Part shown: positions 26,327-36,862 of the stretch, in pieces
Layout of the letters: each line of letters begins with the position of its first letter
Numbering within the stretch: the first letter of the stretch is position 1
Assembly (NCBI GenBank): GCA_964543815.1
Contig: CAZIZG010000004.1
Location: 5,438-69,437, forward strand
Reading direction: 5' to 3'
Length of the DNA: 64,000 nt
Source of the DNA: an uncultured Bdellovibrionales bacterium
GTDB taxonomy: Bacteria > Patescibacteriota > Minisyncoccia > Moranbacterales > UBA1568
Notes under the pieces: generated by a model
What the model was told of the DNA's origin: nothing
Database searches by the model: none
Seen by the model: only the letters and a program-made list of their open reading frames with translations
Made by a program: the position numbers and the translations under genes

Positions 26327-28114
26327 CTACTTTTTTCTTCCAGCTTTCGTACGATCAGTCTCTGTTAACAACTGTTTACGCAAACGCACGGAGAGCGGTG
26401 TCACTTCAAGATATTCATCCACAAGCATAATCTCGAGTCCTCGCTCAATAGTCAACTCAATTGGTGGCACCAATTTGATAGCCTCATCGGCTCCTGAGGA
26501 CCGCATATTGCTCATGGCCTTACCTTTGATAGGATTCACTGCCATATCAGTACCCTTTGTTACATTTCCCACTACCATACCCTCGTAAACCTCGGTAGAA
26601 GGTGCGATATAGAGTAAACCTCGTTCCTGAAGGTTATTCAGAGAAAAAGCCAGGGCCTTGCCAGTTGCCATAGAAACCATGGAGCCCTCATCACGTTTCT
26701 TGATATCCCCAGCATACGGACGGAACCCAAGAACCCGAGAATAGAGTGTCCCCTCTCCTCTGGTATCAACCATAAATTCACCTCTATATCCAAGAAGTCC
26801 TCGGGTTGGCACTTCAAAAATAAGTCGGGTGTATCCACCTGAGCCCTCCTTCATTTCCATCATGATGCCCTTGCGCTTACCCATTTTCTCAATAACAGTG
26901 CCCGATACTTCCATAGGGCACTCAACCGTCACTTCTTCAAATGGCTCAGATTTGATACCTTCCACATCTTTAATAATAACTTGGGGTTGCGACACTTGCA
27001 CCTCATACCCCTCACGTCGCATATTTTCAAGTAAAATCGCTATGTGAAGCTCCCCCCGACCATACACTTTGTACGAACCATCAAAGAAATCAATTTTTAA
27101 TCCAACATTTATTTCCAACTCCTTTTCCAATCGCTCTCGGAGTTGTTTGTTGGTGACATATTTTCCTTCACGACCAGCAAAAGGTGAGTCATTCACCAAA
27201 AAATTAAGAGAAATAGTTGGCTCATCAATAGCAATCGCCGGCAAAAGCTCCTCGTCAACGAGAGTGCTGATAGTGTCACCAATTTCAATCGTTGGTAATC
27301 CAGCAATCATCGCAATATCTCCTGCCTGCACCTCTTCTGTCTCGACACGCTCCAAACCACGAAAAGTGAACAGCTTTACAATCCGACCCGTTTCGTTTTT
27401 CCCGGCACTGTTACGAATAAACACCGAATCATTGACTCGCAATTTCCCCTGATAGAGACGAGCCACGGCCAACCGACCAACAAAGTTATCATACCCGAGG
27501 TTAAACGGCTGAGCTCGCAAGGATAAATCAGTATTATGAAGTGCTGCCGGCACCCTCTCAAGGATAGTATCCAAAAGCGGCGACAAATCCTTTCCTTCAT
27601 CGGTCAGAGAAAGCTTGGCCACACCCTGCCGAGCAATAGCGTAAACCACCTTGAAATTCAACTGCTCATCACTTGCTCCCAAATCAAGAAAGAGTTCAAA
27701 TACCATTTCTTCAACAATTTCAGGACGAGCGGCTGGTTTATCAATTTTATTCAGTACCACAATTGGCTTCAGACCCAATTCGAGTGATTTCTTCAAAACA
27801 AAGCGGGTCTGCGGCATCGGTCCTTCCTGAGCATCTACCACCAAGACGACGCTATCAATTGAACGAAGAACTCGCTCTACTTCCGAACCAAAATCCGCGT
27901 GGCCAGGAGTATCAACGATGTTAATCTTCGTGTCTTTATAAAAAAGAGCGGCATTTTTGGCGTAAATAGTAATCCCTCGCTCTTGCTCCAGGGCGTTAGA
28001 ATCCATGGAAACGTTTTCTGCCGTCACCATACCTGTCTGACGCATCAAAGCATCAGTCAGTGTTGTTTTACCATGATCAACGTGAGCAATAATAGCAATA
28101 TTTCTAATTTCCAT
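26327..28114 (-). CDS. typA: Translational GTPase TypA/BipA
   Basis: [41 protein letters not shown]. Confidence 0.97.
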   Translation of the reverse strand: MEIRNIAIIAHVDHGKTTLTDALMRQTGMVTAENVSMDSNALEQERGITIYAKNAALFYKDTKINIVDTPGHADFGSEVERVLRSIDSVVLVVDAQEGPMPQTRFVLKKSLELGLKPIVVLNKIDKPAARPEIVEEMVFELFLDLGASDEQLNFKVVYAIARQGVAKLSLTDEGKDLSPLLDTILERVPAALHNTDLSLRAQPFNLGYDNFVGRLAVARLYQGKLRVNDSVFIRNSAGKNETGRIVKLFTFRGLERVETEEVQAGDIAMIAGLPTIEIGDTISTLVDEELLPAIAIDEPTISLNFLVNDSPFAGREGKYVTNKQLRERLEKELEINVGLKIDFFDGSYKVYGRGELHIAILLENMRREGYEVQVSQPQVIIKDVEGIKSEPFEEVTVECPMEVSGTVIEKMGKRKGIMMEMKEGSGGYTRLIFEVPTRGLLGYRGEFMVDTRGEGTLYSRVLGFRPYAGDIKKRDEGSMVSMATGKALAFSLNNLQERGLLYIAPSTEVYEGMVVGNVTKGTDMAVNPIKGKAMSNMRSSGADEAIKLVPPIELTIERGLEIMLVDEYLEVTPLSVRLRKQLLTETDRTKAGRKK

Positions 28115-28270
28115 AGCTTCTCTACAAAGATTGAATTACCTGAACTAAGGGAATCGAAAAAAGGCGCATCACGCCTTTTCCTTACCTAAACATCAGACAT
28201 GATTATACCTGAAACCTTCGTTTTTGACAAGTCGGATAAGTACCACCTCATCTAAGATGGATTCCCGCCT

Positions 28271-29653
28271 CTACCGACCGAGAAGATTCGTGCGATTGGC
28301 TCCAACTGTCAGTGCCTCTCGAACGTTCTTTTCTCCCCGGACAACACTATCTATCATATCAATAAATATGCCGTCCAAAGCCTCCGGATTGCCCTGATAC
28401 CAGTTTTTAGCAATAAGGTTACCGTAAGCAAAGGGGGCAAGCGTCACGTCATTCTGCTCTGCTGCAATCAAATCACGTCGAGCCGCTGGCTTATGCGTTA
28501 TGTCGAGATACTCCTTGGTTGGATCAGTTAATAATGGGAACTCCTTACTGGTACCAGAAAGTCCATTAATAAGAGTGACCGTCTTCTTTTGTCCATGAAG
28601 CGTGAGAAACTTGAGGAACTGCCAAGACTCAAACACTCGCAAATAATTCTGCTTCTCCGGGTTCGTTGGAGTACTCTGTGGCGTCTTATCCTTTGAAACA
28701 GCATACCCCCAGTAATTGGCTAAATTCACTGGAGCCTCCCTGTTAAACTGAGGCAACAACGCTACTCCAATATTCAGTTTGGCGTTCTTCTGTTTAATTG
28801 TTTCGTACTGCCAAGAGTAATTAACCATCATGGCGGCCGTTCCTTCATAAAACGCATCGATGGAATAATGCTGTCTTGCATTCCAGGTATACACTGGAGA
28901 TCCGATACGTGAAAATTGAGTATAGAACTCAAAAGCCTGCTGACTAGACTGGTCACCGAAATTTACCCGATCAGTCCCTGAGTCTTTCATCTGAGACCCC
29001 ATTTGCAGCATAAGCACTGTCAAAATATCAGAAGAACGATTGATATTTGTTCCTGTACCAAGGGCAATACCAGAACGGGTAATATTTCCGAATTGATCAA
29101 TAACGGTCAATCGCTTAACGTCATCAGCTACTTCCTCCCAGGTTTCTGGAGCCCGAGAAATACCCGCTGCATTAAACAGGTCCTTGTTATAATACAAGGC
29201 TAGGGAATCAACTGACGCTGGAATACCATAAATCTTGTTGTCAGTACCTATAAAATCAGTTGCGGCGACATCAGGCAACGCTCCTCGATATTCGCGCTCT
29301 GTAAGTAATACTTCTGGAGCCGGAGCGGTTTTATCCTCAAAGGGCGCTCGCCATGAATTACGAATCATGAAAATATCTGGCCCTTTGCCCGATGCGAACG
29401 CATTAATTAAATCCTCTTTGTATGTCTCTGGGGAAAGCTTTCGGTACTGAATATCCTTTACGTATGGGTTAATCTTTCGGTAGGCAGAAATAGCATTAGC
29501 GTAGGCGTCACTATCATCAAAAACACCCCAAATTTCCAGGGAAACCTGATACCCCTCTGGGGCCGAGCTTTTAAAGCCACAACCAGAGAGTCCTAAACCA
29601 CCCAAAAAAACAAACATCAGTAACCCTACTCGTTTAATCCACAAAGTCGACAT
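28271..29653 (-). CDS. Sugar-type extracellular solute-binding lipoprotein
   Basis: LSGC lipobox; GPDIF, LALYYNKDLF..AG...PETWEE. Confidence 0.85.
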   Translation of the reverse strand: MSTLWIKRVGLLMFVFLGGLGLSGCGFKSSAPEGYQVSLEIWGVFDDSDAYANAISAYRKINPYVKDIQYRKLSPETYKEDLINAFASGKGPDIFMIRNSWRAPFEDKTAPAPEVLLTEREYRGALPDVAATDFIGTDNKIYGIPASVDSLALYYNKDLFNAAGISRAPETWEEVADDVKRLTVIDQFGNITRSGIALGTGTNINRSSDILTVLMLQMGSQMKDSGTDRVNFGDQSSQQAFEFYTQFSRIGSPVYTWNARQHYSIDAFYEGTAAMMVNYSWQYETIKQKNAKLNIGVALLPQFNREAPVNLANYWGYAVSKDKTPQSTPTNPEKQNYLRVFESWQFLKFLTLHGQKKTVTLINGLSGTSKEFPLLTDPTKEYLDITHKPAARRDLIAAEQNDVTLAPFAYGNLIAKNWYQGNPEALDGIFIDMIDSVVRGEKNVREALTVGANRTNLLGR

Positions 29654-29662
29654 AATCAGGTA

Positions 29663-30208
29663 TTATTTTTTGACGATAAAGGCATAATGAAATCCGCCTA
29701 CGCTCAACTCACGATCAACCGTAAAGCCAGCAGTTCTGACAAGTGACTGAAGCTCAGTCTTGCTGACCCGTAGACTTTTTTCTGGGCCAACCAAGGCCTC
29801 CTCTGGACTCCATTCCATAATAAGTGCTGACCCACCCGGCTTCAACACTCTCCCTACTTCGCGAACGATAACATCTCGTTTCTGGTTTTGAAAAAGCATA
29901 TCTTTGAGAATAACCCAATCCACACTTCCATTGCCCAATCCTGATCCCTGTTCACGCTCCAGATTAACCCGTTTCGGGATAACATTAGTCATGCCGGCTG
30001 TTTTAGCATGACTTGCAACCGCCTCAAGTGCTGATGGCAAAACATCCAGAGCATACACCACGCCATCGCCACCTACTCGCCGAGCGCACTCAAAAGAAAA
30101 GTACCCAGAACCACAACCAAAATCAGCTACGGCATTACCAGGCAAAATACTGAGCTGACTCACGACAGCACCCGGATCAACAAAATTCAAATTTTGTACA
30201 GCACTCAT
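29663..30208 (-). CDS. Class I SAM-dependent methyltransferase
   Basis: VADFGCGSG, VYALDV, RVLKPGG. Confidence 0.9.
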   Translation of the reverse strand: MSAVQNLNFVDPGAVVSQLSILPGNAVADFGCGSGYFSFECARRVGGDGVVYALDVLPSALEAVASHAKTAGMTNVIPKRVNLEREQGSGLGNGSVDWVILKDMLFQNQKRDVIVREVGRVLKPGGSALIMEWSPEEALVGPEKSLRVSKTELQSLVRTAGFTVDRELSVGGFHYAFIVKK

Positions 30209-30296
30209 AGTGAAAAAGAAACTCTAAAAGTACTTCTAGTATACAATGAATGAAAAGAAAACTGAAGCATAATTTAATCAAACCAACACCACCATA

Positions 30297-31400
30297 TTAA
30301 TAGATACCTGGTAAAAATCGATACTTGACTCTCTTCATGTATGCCTGATATTCCAAATCTGTCGAAAGATGACGCTCCTCAGTCAGAGCACGGATATAAT
30401 AGATACCGCTCCACGCCATCAAACTAAGAATAGGTGCCAAGCCCAGAAGAAGATTATCGAATGGGATTATCCAAATAACTCCAATTTTTTGAGGTACTAA
30501 GTAAGTCAAAGAAGACAGGACCGCTGGCATACCCATAATCCACCAGGTCAGGTTCTTGCTTACGTAGGCTGGATGACGAACAACAGCATATACGCCACTG
30601 GAAACAACGCCTCGATTGGTCAAATTCGAAGCCTTCCAACCAAGAGCATAACTGGCAGAAACATAGAAGCCCATCAAAATGAGAGCCATCCCACCGGTCA
30701 GTAGATTCAAAGTGACATTCCCAAAATCACTGAAGTCACTACTATGCCAACCAAGAATAAGCTGGGTAATATCGTTGAACGGAGGATAACAGAGCAGAGC
30801 AGATAGCCATCCAAGGGCGGTAGCATCAACTGATCGTACTCGGTTACCAAGAGCATCCGACTCAACAATGTAACCCACAAAAAAATATCCCGTATCAACA
30901 AGCAATAACAAGCTCAGAAGAAAGGGGTAAAGGATTCCCAACAAAAATGAGGCCGTAAAAACTTCTCCGGAGAGCAAACTCGGCCAAAATGAGAAGACAT
31001 GCAGAGAGTTCTGCAGTAAAAACTTCAACATGATTGGTGTAAAGAAGAACTTGACGAAGAAGAGGAGGAGTGATGTGTGCTCTACTGACGTTAAATCCGG
31101 CTTAAGTGTTCCGGAAGCAAGGCTCTTGAAAATCTTAGTAAAGGCCACCAGTGTCACATAGGCTCGACTACGATAGAGAGCGCCCGGTGGTATTTTCACG
31201 ATGAGTAGTACCAACGTGAAGTATAAAAGAATGAAAATGAGGATTCCCAGCGGTGACAATCCATACGGCAATTGAATATCGAGGAGCGTTCGATAATACG
31301 GGAGTAAGGCGTAAGCCCCAATTGGCAAGCCATACAGAATCAAATACGCCCCAACCAAGAGGATTTTCTCTTCATAGATATGGATACGTAAAAATTTCAT
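30297..31400 (-). CDS. Isoprenylcysteine carboxyl methyltransferase (ICMT/PEMT)-family membrane protein
   Basis: SGVYAVVRHPAY, RALTEERHL, Y..Y..RVKYRFLPGIY. Confidence 0.82.
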   Translation of the reverse strand: MKFLRIHIYEEKILLVGAYLILYGLPIGAYALLPYYRTLLDIQLPYGLSPLGILIFILLYFTLVLLIVKIPPGALYRSRAYVTLVAFTKIFKSLASGTLKPDLTSVEHTSLLLFFVKFFFTPIMLKFLLQNSLHVFSFWPSLLSGEVFTASFLLGILYPFLLSLLLLVDTGYFFVGYIVESDALGNRVRSVDATALGWLSALLCYPPFNDITQLILGWHSSDFSDFGNVTLNLLTGGMALILMGFYVSASYALGWKASNLTNRGVVSSGVYAVVRHPAYVSKNLTWWIMGMPAVLSSLTYLVPQKIGVIWIIPFDNLLLGLAPILSLMAWSGIYYIRALTEERHLSTDLEYQAYMKRVKYRFLPGIY

Positions 31401-31500
31401 GTTGCGTGGTTAGATGATAGAAATTAAGTCATTTACTTAGCTTCAAACCTTGATTCAAGTGCCTTTTTCCTGTACAACAGAACAGTGTAGCATACTCTAC

Positions 31501-31587
31501 GGAAAGGTGGCCGAGTGGTTGAAGGCACCGCTCTCGAAAAGCGGCATACCCGAAAGGGTATCGAGAGTTCGAATCTCTCCCTTTCCG
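31501..31587 (+). tRNA. tRNA-Ser(CGA)
   Basis: Cloverleaf GGAAAGG/CCTTTCC, anticodon arm CCGCT-CTCGAAA-AGCGG, long variable arm, GTTCGAATC; CCA not encoded. Confidence 0.96.
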
Positions 31588-31592
31588 CAACT

Positions 31593-31621
31593 AAAAAACA
31601 GAGTCGCGAGGCTCTGTTTTT
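31593..31621. terminator. Terminator after tRNA-Ser
   Basis: AAAAACAGAGTC-GCGA-GGCTCTGTTTTT. Confidence 0.65.
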
Positions 31622-31641
31622 ATTCTAAAGATACATTGTTC

Positions 31642-32286
31642 TTAGCGACCAGGATAGGAAGTTGGCACCATACCCTTTACCTGATCCATCATTTTTTTAC
31701 TTTGTTCCATCATGGCACATTGATCCACAAACGTAATGTCCTTTGGTACCGCAAAGATAAGCGACATATCAGTCTCTACTGGCTCACATTTCACATTCTG
31801 TGCCTGATTCAGTGTTTGCTGATAATCTTCGGGTCGAGCTTCTCCCACGGGACTCTTCTCGGAAAATTCTGACTTTAGTCTCTCAAGACAGCCTTGGCTC
31901 ATCTTCATACCCTGAGTGCTTCCGCTCGTCCAAACATACTGCGTTTCACCATCAAAGAGAGCTTCTGTTTTTACGCTACTCACCATCGCCTCAGTCTTAA
32001 ATTTTTTCCCCGAAACGTACACGGTGGCATTCGTTCCTTCCTGCCCTGAAGAAGCACTATAGGTACACTGTAATGGACTGCCAAAACTCATGGCGTCCTT
32101 TAAAGAGGCAATCATCGACGGTTTCGCAGCATCGGGAGCGACATCGGTCACGGTATCAGTATTCATATCCGTCTTCACTTGGGACACTGCCAGATTCTCA
32201 TTCATATTTTTTCCAACGAACAAAAACCACACTCCCCCACCAACGAGTATAATCACTCCCAGGATAAGTATTGCTTTCATAGTCAA
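31642..32286 (-). CDS. Hypothetical membrane-anchored exported protein
   Basis: N-terminal TM; four Cys; no family recognised. Confidence 0.75.
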   Translation of the reverse strand: MTMKAILILGVIILVGGGVWFLFVGKNMNENLAVSQVKTDMNTDTVTDVAPDAAKPSMIASLKDAMSFGSPLQCTYSASSGQEGTNATVYVSGKKFKTEAMVSSVKTEALFDGETQYVWTSGSTQGMKMSQGCLERLKSEFSEKSPVGEARPEDYQQTLNQAQNVKCEPVETDMSLIFAVPKDITFVDQCAMMEQSKKMMDQVKGMVPTSYPGR

Positions 32287-32441
32287 ACTATTTTACCAAT
32301 AACACCCGTAGCATAGCACCTTCCCTTGTATTTCTGAAGTCCGCATCTGTCAACTTTCCCCGAGCGAAACATATCAAAAATCCCTTTACAACAAGCCAAA
32401 AACGTGATACCGTAGCGAACAAAGCCTTGAGCCTCATCCTC

Positions 32442-32960
32442 ATGTTTGGTTTTTTCCCAGAGCTCTCAATCTCAACCCTCCAAATAATGATTTTTTGTCT
32501 TATTGGAGCCATAATCTCTATTGGCGGACTCGTCGTCTTCCAGCTCTGGCGTCTCAGGAAAATCGAACATGCCTTAAAAATCTTTCTCTCGGGAAAAACC
32601 GGCAGAGATTTGGAACGCGTCCTCCTTGATCAAAGAGAGGAAGTAAAAGCACTTGATCAGGAAATTCAAGAATTGTTCGAAATTTCAAATCGCCTTAGAG
32701 AGCTTTGTCTCAAAAGTCTTCACAAGATAAGCATCGTCCGTTTTAACCCGTTCAAAGAAGTCGGTGGGAACCAGAGTTTCAGTGTCGTCCTCCTGGATGG
32801 TAAGAATTCCGGCATCATCCTTTCATCACTCCATACACGAGAGGGCACTCGAATTTATGCCAAACCCGTGCTCCATGGAGAGGCTGACGGGTTTCCTTTT
32901 ACTGAAGAGGAAAAACAGACTATCACTCAAGCCCTCAACGGCAAAAGCGGTGGCCGCTAA
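32442..32960 (+). CDS. DUF4446-family membrane protein
   Basis: RFNPFKEVGGNQSFS..LLD...G.ILSSLHTREGTRIYAKP...EEE. Confidence 0.8.
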   Translation: MFGFFPELSISTLQIMIFCLIGAIISIGGLVVFQLWRLRKIEHALKIFLSGKTGRDLERVLLDQREEVKALDQEIQELFEISNRLRELCLKSLHKISIVRFNPFKEVGGNQSFSVVLLDGKNSGIILSSLHTREGTRIYAKPVLHGEADGFPFTEEEKQTITQALNGKSGGR

Positions 32961-32995
32961 TCTCATCGACATAATACGCATCATCATACAACATC

Positions 32996-34768
32996 ATGAC
33001 TACCGAAACCCCTTCTCAAAAAATAAACCTCCCAACGTCAGTCACCGTCAAAAAACTGGCTGAATTATTACACGTTCCCGTTGCCTCGGTCATTACAGAG
33101 CTCATGAAAAATGGCATTTTAGCCACCATTAATGAGGAAATCGATTTTGATACCGCGAGTGTTATCGCTTCAGATTTGGGTATCGAGACAGCACTCGCCG
33201 AGGAGGAAATTCTCGAAGGACAGCTCACCCTGGAGGGACTAGACAAAATCCTTGCTGAGGAAAAAAACTCGGGAAAAAATCTTTCGCCGCGAGCCCCCAT
33301 CGTAACCATCCTTGGTCATGTCGACCATGGAAAAACGACTCTCCTCGATACCATTCGCAAGGCCAGTGTAGCTGCTGGCGAAGCCGGAGGAATCACGCAG
33401 CATATTAGCGCTTACCAGGCGAAGAAACACAAGGAAATTATTACCTTTATTGACACACCTGGTCATGAGGCCTTCTCTGCCATGAGAAAGCGTGGTCTTT
33501 CCATAGCTGATATTGCTATTTTGGTCGTAGCGGCTGATGACGGCGTCCGACCACAAACAAAGGAAGTAATCGAATACCTGAAGGAGCACAAGCTCCCTGT
33601 TATTGTTGCTATCAACAAAATTGACAAACCAGAGGCCAAACCTGAGCGCGTGAAGCAAGAACTGGCCGAACATGGCATTCTTTTTGAGGAATGGGGTGGA
33701 GATACCATGTGTACAGAAATTAGCGCCAAAAGCAACATTAATATCGATAAGCTCCTGGATAACATCCTGCTTTTGGCTGAAGTGGAAGACTTTCGAGCAG
33801 ACCAGAAACGGGATGGTTTTGCCGTCATTCTGGAATCACACCTCGATCCGCAGAAAGGTCCGGTAGCAACTGCTCTAGTACGTACCGGGACGCTCAAGGT
33901 TGGACAAGATGTAGTAGCCGGTAGCGCTTTTGGTCGCATTCGACGCATTGAAGACTGGGGTGGTAAGAGCCTGACACAGGCCGGACCATCCATGCCAGCC
34001 ACCATCTACGGCTTTAACACCACCCCGCATACCAATGATGTCGTTCAAGTGGTCGGTGGGAAAAGCGTTGCTCGCTTGCGCTCCAAGGAAGCCCTGCTTA
34101 AAGATAGTGGCAAGAACAAGAATAATAAAATCCAGAGTGAGGACGAAAAAGAAATGAAAAGACTGCCCATCGTTCTCAAAGCTGATGTCCAGGGCTCACT
34201 TGAGGCCATTGAACAAATTCTTTCAACCATTGAGTCCCCTGAGGTTATACTTGAAATTGTTGACTCTGGTGTGGGAAGCATTACTGAATCAGATGTTCGA
34301 ACTGCTGAAAACTCCGGGGCGCTCCTCGTGGGTTTCAACAGTGACCCAACCTCTGTTGCCAAACGCCTAGCAGAAACCAGCAAAGTTGAGATTGTTACCT
34401 ATAACATCATTTATAAGTTGGTAGACTCCCTCAAGGAACGCTTAACTGCCCTCCTTCCTCCTGAAACTGTTCGTACTGACTCCGGCCGGCTTTCGGTTTT
34501 GGCTATTTTTAAAACCGGAAAACACGATATGATTGTCGGAGGTCGCGTCTCCGAAGGTAAACTCCTCCGAGGCTCACTCATTGAAATCAAACGCGGCGAC
34601 GAAATTGTCGGGCAGGGAAAAATGCAAAATCTCCAACAAAACAAACAAAATGCCGACGAAGTCGGACAAGGTAACGAGTGTGGGGTTGTTTTTGAAGGTC
34701 AAACAAAAATCCAAGTTGGTGATACCCTCATCTGCTACAAGGAAGAGCTGAAAAAGCGCGTTCTGTAA
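32996..34768 (+). CDS. infB: Translation initiation factor IF-2
   Basis: [43 protein letters not shown]. Confidence 0.98.
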   Translation: MTTETPSQKINLPTSVTVKKLAELLHVPVASVITELMKNGILATINEEIDFDTASVIASDLGIETALAEEEILEGQLTLEGLDKILAEEKNSGKNLSPRAPIVTILGHVDHGKTTLLDTIRKASVAAGEAGGITQHISAYQAKKHKEIITFIDTPGHEAFSAMRKRGLSIADIAILVVAADDGVRPQTKEVIEYLKEHKLPVIVAINKIDKPEAKPERVKQELAEHGILFEEWGGDTMCTEISAKSNINIDKLLDNILLLAEVEDFRADQKRDGFAVILESHLDPQKGPVATALVRTGTLKVGQDVVAGSAFGRIRRIEDWGGKSLTQAGPSMPATIYGFNTTPHTNDVVQVVGGKSVARLRSKEALLKDSGKNKNNKIQSEDEKEMKRLPIVLKADVQGSLEAIEQILSTIESPEVILEIVDSGVGSITESDVRTAENSGALLVGFNSDPTSVAKRLAETSKVEIVTYNIIYKLVDSLKERLTALLPPETVRTDSGRLSVLAIFKTGKHDMIVGGRVSEGKLLRGSLIEIKRGDEIVGQGKMQNLQQNKQNADEVGQGNECGVVFEGQTKIQVGDTLICYKEELKKRVL

Positions 34769-34817
34769 CACCCTTCCGGGCCACCATTGATTTTTCTTGT
34801 TTTTTCAACGTATCGCC

Positions 34818-36317
34818 ATGCATGCCAAGATTCCACTGCCTGTTTTGAACATACTCGAAACCTTGCAAAAGGCTGATTTTGAAGCATACATTGTTGGCGG
34901 ATGCGTCCGAGACCTTATCCTCAATCGTTCACCCAAAGATTGGGATATCACCACAAATGCCGTACCGGAGGCTATTTTAAAGCTTTTTCCTGATAGCTTT
35001 TATGAAAATGAATTTGGTACCGTCGGGGTCAAGGTACCACGTTTTCTCAAAGCTACCTCTCTCGAATACGATACCGACGTTATTGAAGTAACAACCTATC
35101 GGACTGAATCTGACTATAATGATAAACGTCATCCCCAGACAATTCGTTTCAGCACTTCGCTTCATGAAGATTTAGCCCGTCGTGACTTTACGATGAACGC
35201 CCTAGCCTATGGCAAGGACAGAAGTGGTCAATGGACACTCGTTGACCTCTTTGAGGGTCAAAAACATATCACGGAAAAAGTTATCTGCGCCGTAGGTAAT
35301 CCAGCCGAGCGTTTCCGAGAAGATGCTCTGCGCCTCATGCGGGCCGTGCGCTTCCAAGCAGAACTCCGACAACCGGAATCAAACATCCTCAAATACGATT
35401 GGCACATCGATTCAGCTAGCTTTGAAGCCATCCAGTTATTGGCTGATAATATCAAGCATGTTTCACAGGAACGAATTCGCGATGAATTTTCAAGGATACT
35501 CCTCTCAGCTAGTCCAGCCCACGGCATACAAACACTTCATGACACCGGACTGCTGCGAACAATTATGCCAGAACTCGAACTCGGAATTGGTGTAACGCAA
35601 AACCTACACCATATCTACACTGTCTGGGAGCACAATCTTCGTGCTCTTGCCACCTGTCCATCAGAAAAACTCTCGGTTCGTCTGGCCTGCCTTCTTCATG
35701 ACATAGGAAAACCACATACCAAGCGGGGTGAAGGGTACCACGCAACTTTTTACAACCACGATCATGTGGGTGCTCGTCTCACTCGAGATATTCTCACTCG
35801 CCTGCGCTATCCAAAAGAAATCGTGACCCACGCTACTCTACTCGTTGATAATCATCTCTTCTATTACAACGTCGGTGAAGTAACAGAAGCATCGGTTCGC
35901 CGTCTTATTAAACGGGTCGGGCTTGAAAACATGGACGACTTGATGGCTGTGCGAATTGGTGATAGACTGGGCTCCGGCGTACCTAAAGGTAAACCTTATA
36001 AGCTTCGGCATCTGGAATACATGATTGAAAAAGTTTCCCGAGATCCGATTTCTGTCAAAATGCTGGCCATACGGGGCGATGATTTAATGAAGGAACTCAG
36101 CCTCCCCGCCTCACCAAAAATTGGTGCGCTTCTCGAAGTTCTTCTTGGCTTCGTAATTGATGATCCCAAAGAAAATACTCGCGAATCACTCATAAAAAAA
36201 GCCGAAGCACTGGCACATCATGACCTGGGGCAACTGAGGAAACTAGCATCTGAAAAGATTGCTGAGTCTCGACAAGAAGCCGACGCTGCCATAAAAAAAC
36301 GATACTGGGTAGAGTAA
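34818..36317 (+). CDS. cca: CCA-adding tRNA nucleotidyltransferase with HD domain
   Basis: VGGCVRD...DWDITT, RRDFTMNA, EDALRLMRAVRF, LLHDIGK. Confidence 0.9.
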   Translation: MHAKIPLPVLNILETLQKADFEAYIVGGCVRDLILNRSPKDWDITTNAVPEAILKLFPDSFYENEFGTVGVKVPRFLKATSLEYDTDVIEVTTYRTESDYNDKRHPQTIRFSTSLHEDLARRDFTMNALAYGKDRSGQWTLVDLFEGQKHITEKVICAVGNPAERFREDALRLMRAVRFQAELRQPESNILKYDWHIDSASFEAIQLLADNIKHVSQERIRDEFSRILLSASPAHGIQTLHDTGLLRTIMPELELGIGVTQNLHHIYTVWEHNLRALATCPSEKLSVRLACLLHDIGKPHTKRGEGYHATFYNHDHVGARLTRDILTRLRYPKEIVTHATLLVDNHLFYYNVGEVTEASVRRLIKRVGLENMDDLMAVRIGDRLGSGVPKGKPYKLRHLEYMIEKVSRDPISVKMLAIRGDDLMKELSLPASPKIGALLEVLLGFVIDDPKENTRESLIKKAEALAHHDLGQLRKLASEKIAESRQEADAAIKKRYWVE

Positions 36318-36328
36318 AGAGTGGCTTT

Positions 36329-36399
36329 CGGAGTGTGGTATAGTGGCATTACGTGCGCTTCGGGTGCGTATAACCCGGGTTCGATTCCCGGCACTCCGA
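36329..36399 (+). tRNA. tRNA-Pro(CGG)
   Basis: CGGAGTG/CACTCCG acceptor stem; TGCGC-TTCGGGT-GCGTA; GGTTCGATTCC. Confidence 0.93.
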
Positions 36400-36400
36400 C

Positions 36401-36712
36401 ATGAAAATTCATATTGAGGCTATTTCCGAGAATCCTGTTTCGCTCCTCCGCAGAGCTGGGTATGTATTTCAACACCAGGAGGGAGGCGAGATGAGTTTTG
36501 TGCGTGTTTTTGGACAATCAGGCTATCCACGCTTCCACTGCTACACACGATTGGAAGGGTTATCACTGAGCATTAATCTCCACCTTGATCAAAAAAAGCA
36601 CACTTACGGTGATCATACTCGCCATCATGGCGAGTATGAGGATAGTAGTCCAGTCAAAGAAGAAAGAGACCGACTTATTCGATGTTTCGGCAACCAAGCA
36701 AGAAAAGTATAG
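36401..36712 (+). CDS. Hypothetical His-rich 103-aa protein between two tRNA genes
   Basis: Fills the gap between the tRNAs almost exactly; YPRFH..LHLDQKK..HHGEY. Confidence 0.75.
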   Translation: MKIHIEAISENPVSLLRRAGYVFQHQEGGEMSFVRVFGQSGYPRFHCYTRLEGLSLSINLHLDQKKHTYGDHTRHHGEYEDSSPVKEERDRLIRCFGNQARKV

Positions 36713-36722
36713 CTAAAAAAGC

Positions 36723-36805
36723 GCTGTGGTGGTGGAATGGTAGACACACTAGCCTTAGGAGCTAGCGGGGGCAACCCCATGAGAGTTCGAGTCTCTCCCA
36801 CAGCA
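36723..36805 (+). tRNA. tRNA-Leu(TAG)
   Basis: GCTGTGG/CCACAGC; CTAGC-CTTAGGA-GCTAG; variable arm; GTTCGAGTC. Confidence 0.95.
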
Positions 36806-36817
36806 CCTATTCATACT

Positions 36818-36850
36818 AAAACACCTTCTGATGTATTCAGAAGGTGTTTT
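36818..36850. terminator. Bidirectional terminator
   Basis: AAAACACCTTCTGA-TGTAT-TCAGAAGGTGTTTT. Confidence 0.75.
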
Positions 36851-36862
36851 TATTCTCATTCA

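Noticed and set aside
31450-31872. 140-aa ORF in the track
   Set aside because: It overlaps tRNA-Ser and the antisense strand of a better ORF. The many other short antisense or overlapping ORFs were dismissed for similar reasons.
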